Assembly (NCBI GenBank): GCA_977017575.1
Contig: CDRNVI010000069.1
Span: 124,001 to 188,000, forward strand
DNA length: 64,000 nt
Direction: 5' to 3'
From: Paramoeba atlantica
Taxonomy: Eukaryota > Protista > Discosea
Below the pieces are notes generated by a model. The model was not told where the DNA came from. It did no database searches and saw only the letters and a list, made by a program, of their open reading frames with translations. Of this stretch, positions 43,277-55,979 are shown one piece after another (positions within the stretch are counted from its first letter, which is position 1; the number at the start of each line of letters is the position of its first letter). The position numbers were made by a program, and so were the translations under genes.

Positions 43277-43596
43277 CCGTATACCCCCCCCCAATAAGGT
43301 ACCCCCCCAGTAAGAGAGATTTGGCCTTTTTTGGGCTGACCCGCAGTAAGAGAGATTTGGCTTGGGAGCCCAACAGGAGGAGTATAGGGGGTAGGGGGTG
43401 GGTGTCTGCATGTTGGGGGCCTCGGGGGTAGCCCAAATAAGAGTTTTAACACGTTTTCAGAAGAAAAAATAGAAAAAATAGTCAAAAAAATTGGGAGAAA
43501 AGAGGAAACTGGCCAAAAAAGGTTACCCCCCTCAGTAAGAGAGATTTGGCCATTTTGACCCAAAACCCATTCTCTTACTGGGGGGGGGGTATACGG
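43277..43596. mobile_element. 320-bp MITE, TA TSD
   Basis: TA|CCGTATACCCCCCC ... GGGGGGGTATACGG|TA; internal CAGTAAGAGAGATTTGGC three times. Confidence 0.85.
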
Positions 43597-43601
43597 TATT
43601 A

Positions 43602-44590
43602 CTGTGACCCCCGCTTTACACTTCGCCCGTTTTGAGCAGTAACGAAGTATAAAGGGGGGGTCTGAATTTTTTTCCCCGCTGTAAAAAAAAACAGAAACCC
43701 CAGCCCCGTACAACCAATAAATAGCTCCGCGAAGGAATCAAATAGTAGAAATTCTAAATCAGAAACGCACAAACGTGCCCGATCAAAGGCCAAGCAAACA
43801 AGAAGTTTGCCCAAAAAGGCTCCAGAATAATGAAAAACAACGTGTACAACGTAAAACCAAGGTTTTCGTACCTACAGTTACGACGCGCACTCCACAAATT
43901 AAACGATTACATTGTGAGGAGGAATGTACTGCACAAAAATCTACGAGGAGTTCTGATTGAACAAATGAGGACTGAATTTTCATGCATAGGGAGGTGTTTG
44001 AATGCGCTCATTATTATTTTCTTTCTTTTCAAAACATACATACCCTTTTTATATACACTGGTTGCGTAAACAAGGTTTCGAATTAACCACGCGTCTCGCT
44101 CTATGCCCTAGGCAAAAACAGAGGTGTAGAGCCAACAGGTCAGAAGGTCAAATGAATATGAAGGCGAGTTGCTGGAAGACACATTCACCCTAAAGAGGCA
44201 TTTCCAAAGAAAGTAACTAAGATACATGGATGGCAGGGCTGTGGAAGGTGCTTCATCGCGTAAATTTTAGGTGATATTGTATTTTTGTATGTTTCGTTAC
44301 TAGTATGAACTACAAATCCGTTAACTGATATTTCAATATCAGTGTCTTTGTTGTTGTTGTAAAAAAAATGCCGCGCCGCTTCGCGGCGCGGCTCGTCCAG
44401 TTTTCCACTTTTTCCTTTTATATCACCTTCCATTTCTAGAAGGGAAGACTTGGAACATTCTTGTTTTTTTTTTAAAATAAATAGAAAAATTACGAAAATA
44501 AATAAAAAATCGCCCCCCTTTCGGGGGGCGCACAAAAAACGAAGTATAAAGGGGGGGTCTGACCAGCGAACTATAAAGGGGGGGGCACAG
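43602..44590. mobile_element. About 1-kb non-autonomous TIR element, TA TSD, abutting the previous MITE
   Basis: TA|CTGTGACCCCCGCTTTACACTTCG ... CGAACTATAAAGGGGGGGGCACAG|TA. Confidence 0.75.
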
Positions 44591-47056
44591 TAAATGAATT
44601 AATGCCTCCTTCATCGTACTCTACTTCATAAGGATAAAAAAACATCATCCCGAGGCCTTGAGTTCGGCCAAAAAATCCCAGAGCGACATGAAAAGTAGTT
44701 CCAAAAGTACTCGATGAACAGAATTCGCCACTTCGATGAATTCATCGAAGTGACTCACCTTTCGATGAACGTTCACGGAAACGTATGCATAGCCATTTTT
44801 TTGATATCCTTATGGTGACATTCGAATACTACGACTCGGAATCGGACCACCCGAGAGAACTTCGGTGTGAACCAGACTCGACCGACGACACTTCTGATGA
44901 CGCTTCTTCTGAAACAATCGGCACAGATTCCAAGACTGATTCGGAAAGAAATGATCCCGATTGGGATCCCGATGATGAATTTTCTGTCTCCTCGATTTGT
45001 GACACAGAGGATTGGGGCGAGGAGGAAGGTCTCAATGCTCTCACTAGCCTGAAAAATGTGTGCATATTTCCAGGCGAACAAGACAATGATTTTGAAAGCC
45101 GCTGACTTACAAGCTTACAAAAAGACAATCGGGAAAATTAAACATCATTTCCTTCCTCAGAATCTGCAGATCCTGTTTTAACCCCAATAGTATATGAAGG
45201 CCAACTTTTGAACCTTCTCAATGACGAAAATCATACCACAATTGAAACGGCCGAGGGAGCTCCAGGTGGATTGATGTACATGGTAGAAGAATCGAGTGCG
45301 GATGTACGTGAGAATAAAAATATAACTTCCACGATGGAAAATGCGGAAACACAGCCCGATCATAAGGGGATGGCGGTGGAAGTGCGGATGTACGTGAGGG
45401 TGAAAATGCTACTTCCACGATGAAAAATGCGGGAACACAGCCCGATCATAAGGGGATGGGGGTGGAAGACTGCGAAAAAAAGGTTTACTCTTTGCGAAAA
45501 TCTTTATACCCAAAAAATAAAACCATAAGTGCGCTTCCTCTAGCCCCCACCCCTCCACCGAGGCTGTGGGGTTACATTAGCTCTTTATCGAGGGGCTGAA
45601 GAAGGCGAGGTCGGACCTAGAAGTCCGTGCTAAGACCCTTGACAAGTCCGGCGCTTGTGCCCGCCAGACGGGATATGTGCTTATGCGATGAGTGCATTTC
45701 CTTACGTGCGCATCACAGAAAAGACCGCGCACGTGCGAAGACGCAACCCCCCCGGGATCCCTCCTCCCCTCTCTGCTTCTTCCAGATCCTCTCGGCACCG
45801 GTCGGTGACCCGTAGACCCCCGCGCTCTATCTCTCCTCGGAGCCGCTCCCAGAACAGAGCTTGTACCCTTCATGCGAAAGCCCCTTTTCTGATTTTAAGG
45901 GGAAGCTGTTGGGGAAGCATCCGGCACGTCAAACCACTCCGGAAACCCTCGCTGACCGTCCGCCACATGTCAAACAATTGACCCTCAAAGAATCATACCA
46001 AAAGATAAGCAAAACACAGAAGGAAACTTTGACATCCTTGGAAGCCCTATCGGATCCCACGAATACTGCGCTGAGTATCTCATGACGCATGCGATCGAAC
46101 CAGCCGAAGATACTTTAGATGCTTCCAATTTAATTGAGGACCCACAGGTCGCCATGTCACTTGTACGACATGTGCCGGCTTTTGTCAACTGGTTCGTGCT
46201 CTACGTACAACACCTCCACAATGTCTACAACGCGTTTGTGAACGTCTAGACAATTCACTGCTGAGCACAACTGAAGAGATACATGTACTTTGCCCACTGA
46301 ACACCCCTGCCCGTGCTCAGATCCAACGCCTCAAGAGACACGGAGGTTTCGTTCTGCGTTCATCGGAACGCAAATTCTCGAATTTCTCTATTCGGTCTGC
46401 GTTCATCGGAAATATACTCTTCTGCAAATTACGTAGCATCTGTTGTGTTCGCAGCAAGCAAAGACGGGTGAAATCCACTGGACGGGGAAAGTCAAAGGGA
46501 GAGAAAGTGAGAGAGAAAGAGGGAAAAGTGGAAAATTGTTTTTATTTGCATAAAAACAAAGTGCAAGTGCTAATTTGATTGCTTGTTTTCAAATCATATA
46601 CCCCCTCCCCCCAATGGACCTCCATGGTTCAAGTACTGGGTAAAAATATGGAGACAATGCCGCGTTTCATACTTTAAATTTACTAATTTAATAGCAAAAA
46701 AATAACTTATTTCTACATGTCGGTATTTCATACATGTATGTATTTATTGGAAAATGCCCATTGTTCTTGTTTTGCGAGCCTTATTCTACTGTGCTCTAAG
46801 AATCTGTTCCTTCTTTCCTTTTTCTTTCGTACAAATGCCTGACGTCTCGGTCCAAACCGTATCAGAGGAAATTCAGACCTAGCTTGGTCTTCCGGAAAAG
46901 TACATAATGAAATGGAAGGCAGCGATACAAAAGCCTTTGAAGCAGTATCGCTTTGCTCGCGGGAACATCACGCTTCTTCAAGGTGACCCGGACGCAATTG
47001 ATCGTGTTCTAAATCGCTGTCTGAGCCCGGTTACGTTTTATGACGATGTGCATATA

Positions 47057-48429
47057 CAGGGGTGAAAACCTCGTGGTGGGGGGGTCTAAAATTCGTAAAA
47101 ATTATCCAATTTTGGAAAGTAATAGCGCATTCGAGAGCTCTCACAGAGTTGTATGTTTTAGCACTATTTGCGGCCTGTGACTCAACATGAAACGATGAGA
47201 CAAAAAATATCATGATTTTGTTTCTTGCCCAAATTTACGTTTTTTCAGTTTTTAGCTGTTTTTCAGTCAATATTAGCACTATATGCCCCAGAAACGGATT
47301 CGTTCCCGAACCTCACGTGGTGTACTCAGCGACAGGTCCTATTCCTCCCCCGCACGGGTGATACCAAGTCACCGTATGCTTCTTGTCTCAGATTATCTTG
47401 AGACAGGGTCCTATTCTCGGACAGCCCAAAACTTCGGCGTCCACGAAAATACAGTAAAACGTCTTGTGATACGCTATGAGAACACTGGAGACGTGGAAAG
47501 CTCTCCTATTTCACGCCCATCTCCTGTCAGTACCCCTGCGCTGCACGAAGCAGCTATCCGCCTCATTGATGAGGGATACCGTGACCTCCCGTACGGGATT
47601 GAGAACTGGTGTGCACTCCATAGAGTTGTGCTTTCTCTTGGATTTCAGTGTTCAAGACCAACTTTGGTTAACGCCATGAAGAGCCATGGTATGATCATGC
47701 GAACTTTAAAAAGAAAGCCCGCACTGACCGATGAACACAAGAGGAAACGAGTGCATTTTTGTTCTGAGATGTTCACTTGGTCAGATACCCAACTGAGACA
47801 AATTGTTTTCTGCGATGAGAAGAAGTTCACTTGCGGTAGGGGACGAAACAAAATTACTTACCTTTGCCGGAAGACTGACCCCGCCAAGGAACAGCAGGGA
47901 GAGCTAGAACCTTGGTATCCTTGATAATTGTCCTGTTCATAATTCTGCGCGAACAACCTTTCGCAACGAAGGTATTAATGTACTCTCTTGGCCTGCAAAA
48001 TCCCCCGATTTAAACACCATTGAAAACCTTTGGGGGACCATGGACAGGATCAAAAATGATCTTCGACCCAAGAATCGGGCTGAATTAGTATCGGCCATTG
48101 AGACAGCGTTCGAAAGAATACAATCAGAACGCAAGCAAGAATGTATTAACACGATGAGCAGTTTCCGCAAGCGTTGTCGCATCGTTATTGAGCGAAACGG
48201 TTCTTCCTGTGGGTATTAAGGGTAATGTTTGACCATTTTTTACAGTTTTTCAAATTTGCAAATCGTGTTTTTGACCCTTCCATCAAAGGGGGGTACCCCC
48301 CTAACCCCCGCAAACTGCCTATCTTAAAACATACAACTCTGCGAGAGCTCTCGAACGCGCTATTATTTTCCAAAATTGGACAAATTTTACGAATTTTAGA
48401 CCCCCCCCACCATGGGATTTTCACCCCTG
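47057..48429 (+). mobile_element. Internally deleted Tc1-like transposon (DD32E)
   Basis: TA|CAGGGGTGAAAA about 100-bp TIRs; ORF 47283-47924 (HTH, FCDEKKF) then out-of-frame LDNCPVHN...SPDLNTIENLW. Confidence 0.9.
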
Positions 48430-49052
48430 TATGTGGTGTCCCGCTTCTAGCCATAGGGATCGCACAATTGATCCTTAATCTCATCACATATCGTGGTGGG
48501 TGGCTAGGTGCGGAGCACGTACGAGATGGCTTAGCGAAGCCAGTCTGGAACTTCGTTCGTCGACGAACTCAATTCGTCTGATCCAGAAGTTGAATGCAAG
48601 GCATTCGCTGGTCGTGTTTGGGCGTACCTTGCAGGCCAGAACATTCGATTGAGTCGCCGTTCCCAGATGAATGCATCTCAGGAAGGCGAAGCATTATCTG
48701 TTATGTCTGTAACTGTTCCTTCCCCTTCTTCTCACTTAGATGTCGCTCAGGATCCTCTGCAAATCGCCCGTCCCCCTCAACCCGTCAATGTAAATTTCCC
48801 CAAGAAGAGAGGACGACCCATAGGTCCCCAGGCACCGCCGCGCAGCGTGCAGGAAGATACAGGAGTGAACAGAAACCCCCCCACCCCCTGAGGAAAACTT
48901 ATTTTTTTATCCGTTTTTGCCCACCTTTACTGCATTCGAGAGATCTCTTTGTCCTAGAGCTTTCCCGCCTTTTTTCATAGAGACCCCCCGGAGCTCATAC
49001 GGCGACCCGGAAAACAACCAAAAGCAACCTCTTAATCTGGCTACTCGTATTG

Positions 49053-49354
49053 TTTTTTGATGTTCATGCTCTCGTTGGCGCAGAGATAAATCCCTTGATG
49101 CGACAGCCGATATCATCGGCACAATCCGTAATGACGGATGTCGCACCAAGGGGATTAGCACGGAATCTGTCGGTAGAGGGGGTCCAGGCAACCCACCCTC
49201 TATTTACGCAGCCGGAGGGGCGTACTGCAACCGACTCGGTCCCAGTCGGTAGAGGTGGTCCAGGCAACTCACCACCTCTTTACGCAGCCGGAGGGGCGCA
49301 CTGCAACCTACCGCTGCCTCGCGATAAGACGAGGCAGAGCCACGCCCAGTGGTG
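49053..49354 (-). repeat. 5'-truncated copy of the non-coding retroposon (two 76-bp units)
   Basis: High identity to 2208-2585; homology ends at the T6/A6 tract. Confidence 0.85.
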
Positions 49355-49696
49355 AGGAAGAAAGAGGAAGAAAGCCTAGACGCAGAAAAATGTCAGAAAA
49401 ACACCTTCAATGGACGTAAAATATGATACAACAACATTTAGAACACAAAAAAATACAAAAAGCAAGTATTGCTTATGTGAAATAATTCTTCACTTTCACC
49501 GAAAGACGTTGTAAACTCACTGCAAAACTCCTTGTACGCGTTGCACAAAGTGGATGGATGAAAGGCGACGTTTTTTCCGTCTCATGAAATATACTAATAC
49601 TATTCTCAGTTGCTAAACGATTCAAAATTACCAACAGCAATCATTGTTGATGATCACACGACGCATCGCACTGATGATGTACCAGAAACCTCGATT

Positions 49697-50760
49697 ACGG
49701 GCTCGCAGCCCCTTCGACCGAAGAGCATTGTCAACTGACTGGGGGGATAAGTGAATGATACGTTCATTAGGAAATTCTGTACGCGAAGTTGCGGGGGAGC
49801 ACAGGTTCAGTGTAGGATTTGTTTCAAAAGTTAGGAAAGCACATCTTTCTCATACAGTTAAATCAAAAGGTGGACGTCCGTGCAAGATCACAGACACATG
49901 CTCCCGACGAATAAAACGTCTCATAGTATGTGGTGAAGAGAAGAATGTCTTTTACTGTAACTCTACTCCTCCTCTCATTGATATACACTTATCCCCCCAG
50001 TCAGTTCGCAATGCTCTGCGCTCGAAGGGGCTTACGGGCTGCGAGCCCGTAAGCGTTCCAAGAAACCGAAGTTGACCCGCCACCAAAAGAAACAGAGATT
50101 GAAGTTCGCCTTCCGACACCAACATTGGACCTTCGCAGATTGGTCCAGGGTGCTATGGTCAGATGAGACGAAACTTTGTCGTTTCGAGAATGCTGAGGAT
50201 ACCTACGCGTGCAAGTTTCCGGGAGAAGGTTTGAGTGAGCGAATCACTCAAGGACAGTGAAGTATAGAAGAGACTCTATCACGCAATGGACATGTACGGC
50301 ACCTACGACGCCGAAGCGTCGATGGGAACATGAATGCAGATCAGTACGTTCCCTTTCTTCGCGAGAATCTTGAAGTTTCTTTCGAAGGCCTTGGCCTGAA
50401 GAAAATGTTTATAAATAAATAAACATTTAAGAAATACATTTAAGAGACATTTAAGAAATAAAACGATCCGAAGCATACAAACAAATTGGCAAAGAGCTTC
50501 TTTGCTGATGAGTCGTTCTACTGGAGTGGCCTCCGCAGTCTCCCGATTTTAATCCCCTTGAGAACGTGTGGTATCACCTGAAAAAGGCTTTAGCCGGTCT
50601 CTCAACCCCACCCGCAGGTGTTTTGGAACTCTGGGAGTGGACCCCAAAAAGAATGGGTAAAAATTCTTGAAAGTCTGTGCCGCTCTGTGGTGGAAAGCAT
50701 GCCTCGGCGAATAGAGGCAGTAATAAAGGCGAAAGGGGATGTTACGAAGTACTAAGAGGT
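49697..50760 (+). mobile_element. Decayed canonical-type Tc1 transposase
   Basis: HTH ORF 49755-50075, VLWSDETK, NDPKHT and EWPPQSPDFNPLE in shifted frames. Confidence 0.85.
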
Positions 50761-51136
50761 AAGTCGAAAATTCGTTTTTATGTCAAAGCATCTTGTGTTC
50801 TCTGCAAAAAAATCGAAAATTGCAAAAAAACTGTTCACATGTTTTCTTTCACTTGCATGCGATCATACTTCTATTACAAAGCCGATCAAGTCGTAAGATC
50901 AAGTCTATGGCAACACAGTGTCCATGCATACACTACTCTGATATACTACTTCAATACACACGACACCTGGCTACAGGGAAACACGAACAACAAAAAAGTG
51001 TCCAACATGTGAACAGTTTTTTTGTAGTCCATTTTTGTAGTACTTTAAAGCGTTTAAAAAACTTCTACCCTGTGTTCCCGGAATCGTGTCCCAGACCTCT
51101 CTGGGGAAATCAGGAGACTGGTCTCCTGGTTCAGGA

Positions 51137-52416
51137 TCTGACCCGGTAATTCCTGTCTTACGCATAATGAGGAATAAAAATAATAATCGAATGTTAACAA
51201 CAATAAACGAGTCCCGCCCCTTTAAGAGAAAAATATTAATAAGTATGCTTGGCAGAAATCTAAGAGACTTTTCTTCAAAATACAACTTGTATATTCAGTG
51301 CAGGTCCGTGTGATTTCTCTCATGGTGTTGTCGGTAAGTGTGTGATGCTATGTTGTGTGTTATTCATCATAAGAGAAATTCAATAAAGCAAGTATACAGT
51401 ACATGTATGTACGTATGCATTTTTTCATGTAAGTAGTACAGGGGGATGCACGAAAATAAGGGAGTTCTAAATTTTGTAAAACTTTGCCAATACATGTAGG
51501 TATAGGAAAGTTGGACCATTTTTACCCTATAATGACATTTGTACCCCTTAATGACATTTTTACCCCGAAATATCTTTTTCGTCAATTCAGGAGTACCTTA
51601 CAAAAGACTGGAAGCAGGAGGCTGTAATCAAGAACGATAAATACATGAATCCTAGGGTCTCATTTCTGTTCCCGGTAAGGCCCCGTAGTGCGTGAAGGCC
51701 TCCATACCCCACAACTACCACCTTCCCACCTATTTAGCGGGGATCGCGCGAGCAACTCCTGATAAATGAGGCCCCCGTTTGCGAGCAAAACCCAACTGTG
51801 AGCGTGGCCCGGGGACATAATTATATTTTTTTAGCGACCCCGCGCGCTCCAGCTGACACGCCAGCTCTGTCTGATATTCATCGTCCAGTTTATCGCTAGA
51901 CAACCCCCCATACCATTGAGTGAAAAATCGTTCCGCTTTGTTAGTTTCATTGCATGTGATGAAAGAGCTGGGGGAGAAGGTATACGGATAGGAATCATGT
52001 GCCCCCTTCCACGAACAGATGTGCACATTTCACATTTCCTAGTTTTACTACGTCACAAGACTAGGGGGAAGCAAACTCACTCCAAGGGAACCGGGGAGAG
52101 ATGAAGGGATAAAGCATCGACAAGAGGAAGCGTTCAGACGTGGTCTGACCCGATAATTCCTGTCTTACGCATCAGGAATAAAAATAATAATTGAATGTTA
52201 ACAATAAACGAGTCCCGCCCCTTTAAGAGAAAAATAAGTATGCTCGACAAAAAATCTAAGAGACTCTTCTTCAAAAAGCAACTTATAAATTTATATTCAG
52301 TGCAGGTCCGTGTGATTTCTCTCATGGTGTTGTCGGTAAGTGTGTGATGCTATGTTGTGTGCTATTCATCATAAGAGAAATTCAATAAAGCAAGTATACA
52401 GTACATGTATGTACGT
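51137..52416. repeat. About 280-bp direct repeats (51137-51414 and 52144-52416) flanking about 730 bp
   Basis: Near-identical blocks with small indels; no clear ORF between them. Confidence 0.85.
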
Positions 52417-52859
52417 GTATGTCAATATTTTCCATTTTCTTGCGCTACTGTACTCGGTCATGTCCCAGTTTTATAAATTTGGCTACATCAGAGTGTATTT
52501 CAATTTCACATTTTTCGGATAACGAAAGTTTGGAGCTTTCAACCTTTGTTCACCGCAGTACAGCAGTCACGAAAGGAGTAGGATGTCTATTGAGGTGACC
52601 CATTCCTTCTGACTTTGAAATCCACGCCAAGGTACAGAACAAGTAAGGCAAGTAAGTACATTCAAGGGAAACAGGCCACGTCTCTTCCTGTTGATGGTGA
52701 AAATACGGGAGTAACATTGGCTCCCATAGGGCTTCGTAACGTGCAAGAGGTAACCTCCAACGACAAAGAAGGCATGACTGTTTTTCTTTTCGGTGCTTAC
52801 GAAGTTCATAATAGAAAAGTTCCTCCCCCTCCTCCTACTGTAGTTCACATTGAGTGCAG

Positions 52860-53470
52860 AAGATGAAAAGTCCCGTTCACTACGAGACGCTCGACGTCAT
52901 GTTACAACGTTTTGAAGACATACGTAACTTCGACTAGGTGGATGAACAGTCAAGTATTTGAAGAGATCAAGCTTCCTTACTTGGAGGTTTGCAACCTGCG
53001 ACAGCTCTTGTGGTGGACGAGTACACTGCCCATCGGGTTCATAAGTTAGAATCCCCAGTAATTGTGACTTGCACAGAATTCTTGGGGGTTGTACTTATCA
53101 CATTCCAGTACACGACCTTCGGGTTATTGTATTTTTCAAAAGAGAATACGAATTAGCCTTACGGCTCTGGCGCCTAAAAGCTGGTGATCACATAAAAGTG
53201 AATCGTCATGTAGTATTAGAGCTGATTACGGTTGCTCATGAGGTTACTTGGGCAAAGGATGGCGACCAGATACAAAAAATATGCGAAACCCATCTCTTTG
53301 AGCCGATGACCAAATATCCATGGAATTGGAACTCTAAGGATGAAACATCAAACTCAAGGCGAAAACTGAAAAAGAGTGCCAAGGCATCGGTTCGAAACGA
53401 AAGCGATATGAAATCGAATAAGATACCGATCAACAGAAGCGGACGTGATGACGATGAAATTCCTGTATAA
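52860..53470 (+). pseudogene. pogo-family (DDE_1) transposase remnant
   Basis: WMNSQVFEE, LVVDEYTAH and GGCTYHIPVHDL in broken frames. Confidence 0.65.
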
Positions 53471-53985
53471 CAGTGGGACGAGTATTATAAAATAGTTTTT
53501 ATAGTTTTGCGGACCTCTGGTTAAGACAATCTACCGGGTATAGTTACCATTTTCAGAAAGGTAGAGAGGTGAAGGGGGTTGAGTGGGAGGGTTATTTATC
53601 ATGCCTGCCCACAGTCGGTACCGTCCTCGGAGAACCATAAAATGAAAAAGAGTAAAAAATCTTCAGAACGGAGCTGTCATGTTATAAGGTGCTCGTGAGG
53701 CATGTGGTACATCAATGGAGTTCTACATTAAGGACAACAATGACATTAAGGACAATTAAACTTAAAACAAAAAAGTTTAAAGCGCCTCACGCCCAAGACT
53801 CCGTCATAAAGGACAATAAATAAGTTGGGGGTAGGGCTATGACAACTAAGTAGGGGGGGAAGTGTTTTGTTGTACCGCGAAAGCCCACTGCGGTATCGGC
53901 GGGTCTCATGTGCCACGACCCGTGTGGCCTCATATAAGTTTAGTCAGAAATCTCCTCAACGTTTTTTAGCCTGAACTCTCCCATT

Positions 53986-54624
53986 TTATATTTCACATAT
54001 TTTCGTACCTTTCCAACTACGATAACCAGGCTTTAACGAGGGGGGAAGCGACGAAATTTGCACAGTGCCAGTCAATAAAGAATTTGCAGTAAGATAAACG
54101 GCTTCAATTTGATCAGGCAAACCGGAAAAATCAACCTCCCCGGAAAATCGATTAAAAGATAAAAAGAGAGTTTTCATTGTCCGTGGTAGTTTTTCAAAAG
54201 CAATCTCACCTGAAAATTTATTGTTTCCTAAGTCCAATAAATTTAGTTGAGGCGGAAGACAGACAAAATTCACCGTGCCGCTCAATGAGTTGAAACCCAG
54301 TACAAGCGCTTCGAGAGTAGAAGGAAGATATTCCCAATGCAAAGATCCACGTAAGCTACAAGTAGTCCAATCAATAATAGAAACTTCACCCTCGTCGTTG
54401 CACTGTACACCAGGCCATTCACAAGCGGGGGTTGCCGTATCGCACTTAGTAAGGGCCTCTCGTAGATCAACATCGGATGCAAACCGCGCAAGGTCGAATT
54501 CCGGAGGTAAAACAATGCCCCGCTGTCTTCCTGCATGTGAGCTCGAAGAGAAACAATCCTTTTCCGAAGTTGATTTGACGGATTCAAATTCCGAGCAGGA
54601 AAACTGGCGCCAAAGATCGAGCAT
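53986..54624 (-). CDS. LRR-family protein
   Basis: GRQRGIVLPPE leader, TPACEWPGVQC cap, about four repeats. Confidence 0.85.
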   Translation of the reverse strand: MLDLWRQFSCSEFESVKSTSEKDCFSSSSHAGRQRGIVLPPEFDLARFASDVDLREALTKCDTATPACEWPGVQCNDEGEVSIIDWTTCSLRGSLHWEYLPSTLEALVLGFNSLSGTVNFVCLPPQLNLLDLGNNKFSGEIAFEKLPRTMKTLFLSFNRFSGEVDFSGLPDQIEAVYLTANSLLTGTVQISSLPPSLKPGYRSWKGTKICEI

Positions 54625-54909
54625 GAAAGTAGTAGTATTCAACAATACGTGAAATTTTTAAGAGTTTTTTTTAAGTGTTGACGTGCTGGAGGCGTACAAC
54701 CAGTGTTTCTAAGATCTGTTACACCCCTTTTATATACACAAAATTTTTATCTTTTTCTCACCAAGATACACAAGTTAACCTACTGTACCCATGGTCGCAA
54801 CCCCCCCCCCCACATGTACACCTATGCAACAATTTCTTCAGTACAGCCTAACTCAACCTTTACCCCCCATATACCTTTACACCTTTTCCCTTCCAAAACC
54901 TTCCCCCCA

Positions 54910-55875
54910 TCACCCTTTCCCCCCCTCCCCCCCCAACACCCTCTCCGTCCCCGGCAGCACCCCCTCCATCCGATCCAGCCACGCCGCCACCGGCCCCACC
55001 CCCCGCACCACCTCCCGGTACACCCGGTGCCCCCGGAGCGACTGCAGCACCCCATACACCTCGGTGTCCGCGACGTTCGGTCGCGCCCCCCCGTGGAACG
55101 GGCGCCCCCCGAGCCCGGCCGTGGCCCACTCCTTCAGGACCCCGCGCAGGGCCTCCGCGGGGGTCACGCGCTTCGGATCGTACCCGTCCTCGCGGATCAG
55201 GGCGGGGAGGGTCTTGTACCGGGCCACGAGGTACATCACGGGGGCCCCGAGGAGTTTCAGGAAGAGCTTGTTGTGGGGGGGGATGGTGTCGTGGGCGTCG
55301 ATGTAGGCGTAGCCCCGCCAGGATTCGATGAGGGAGGGGTTGAGGTTGAGGACGAGATAGCGCACGAGACGGTGGGAGGCGAAGGCACGCCAGGGGGTGA
55401 CGGTGGGGTCGTGGAGGGCGGCTTTCCAGGCGGGGGCGCCGGGGCGGGTGTCGGGGAGGGCGAGGCTGAGGGTGTCGATGATGGCGTCGGAGTCGACGAG
55501 GAGGAGAGGGGGGGTGGAGTGGGGCGAGAAGCGGAGTTGGGGGACTTTGTGGTACCCGTGGGAGGAGATTTCGCGTTTGAAGATGGGCTCGACCTCGACG
55601 CACTCGTGGGGGATGTGGTGGAGGTCAAGGAAGGTTTTGACTTTGGCGCAGAAGGGGCAGGTGGAGTAGCGGTAGAGGATCGGGGGGTCGGCTCCGCCTT
55701 GGGTGGAGAGGGCGGTGTGGATGGCGGTGCGAAGGGTGGGGAGGTCCTGGGCCGCGTTGAAGGCGGAAGCGGTGACGGAGGCGTTTTGTTTTAAGCGGTA
55801 GCGGTAGATCATGCTGGCGGCCCCGAGGGCAACGGCACCCCCGACGGCGGTGTACTTGGCCACACGACGGAGCAT
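54910..55875 (-). CDS. PTGES2: Prostaglandin E synthase 2-like glutaredoxin/GST-fold protein
   Basis: YSTCPFCAKV, VEVEP, YHKVPQL, DSDAII, GGARPNVADTEVYGVL; N-terminal hydrophobic anchor. Confidence 0.88.
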   Translation of the reverse strand: MLRRVAKYTAVGGAVALGAASMIYRYRLKQNASVTASAFNAAQDLPTLRTAIHTALSTQGGADPPILYRYSTCPFCAKVKTFLDLHHIPHECVEVEPIFKREISSHGYHKVPQLRFSPHSTPPLLLVDSDAIIDTLSLALPDTRPGAPAWKAALHDPTVTPWRAFASHRLVRYLVLNLNPSLIESWRGYAYIDAHDTIPPHNKLFLKLLGAPVMYLVARYKTLPALIREDGYDPKRVTPAEALRGVLKEWATAGLGGRPFHGGARPNVADTEVYGVLQSLRGHRVYREVVRGVGPVAAWLDRMEGVLPGTERVLGGEGGKG

Positions 55876-55979
55876 TGGGTGGTGGGAAAGTTTCGTTATA
55901 GAAAAAAGGATGAAGAAAATTTCTGGGTTAGGAGCCCAATTTGCTCGTATTTCTTTCGCAAAATGTACAAAATTTAATA

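Noticed and set aside
52628-52639. 12-nt match to the SL (TTCTGTACCTTG)
   Set aside because: Too short to distinguish from chance.
35000-53500. Strand-switch region suggested by plus-strand ORFs
   Set aside because: The recognisable plus-strand ORFs are transposon-derived; host genes on both sides stay on the minus strand.
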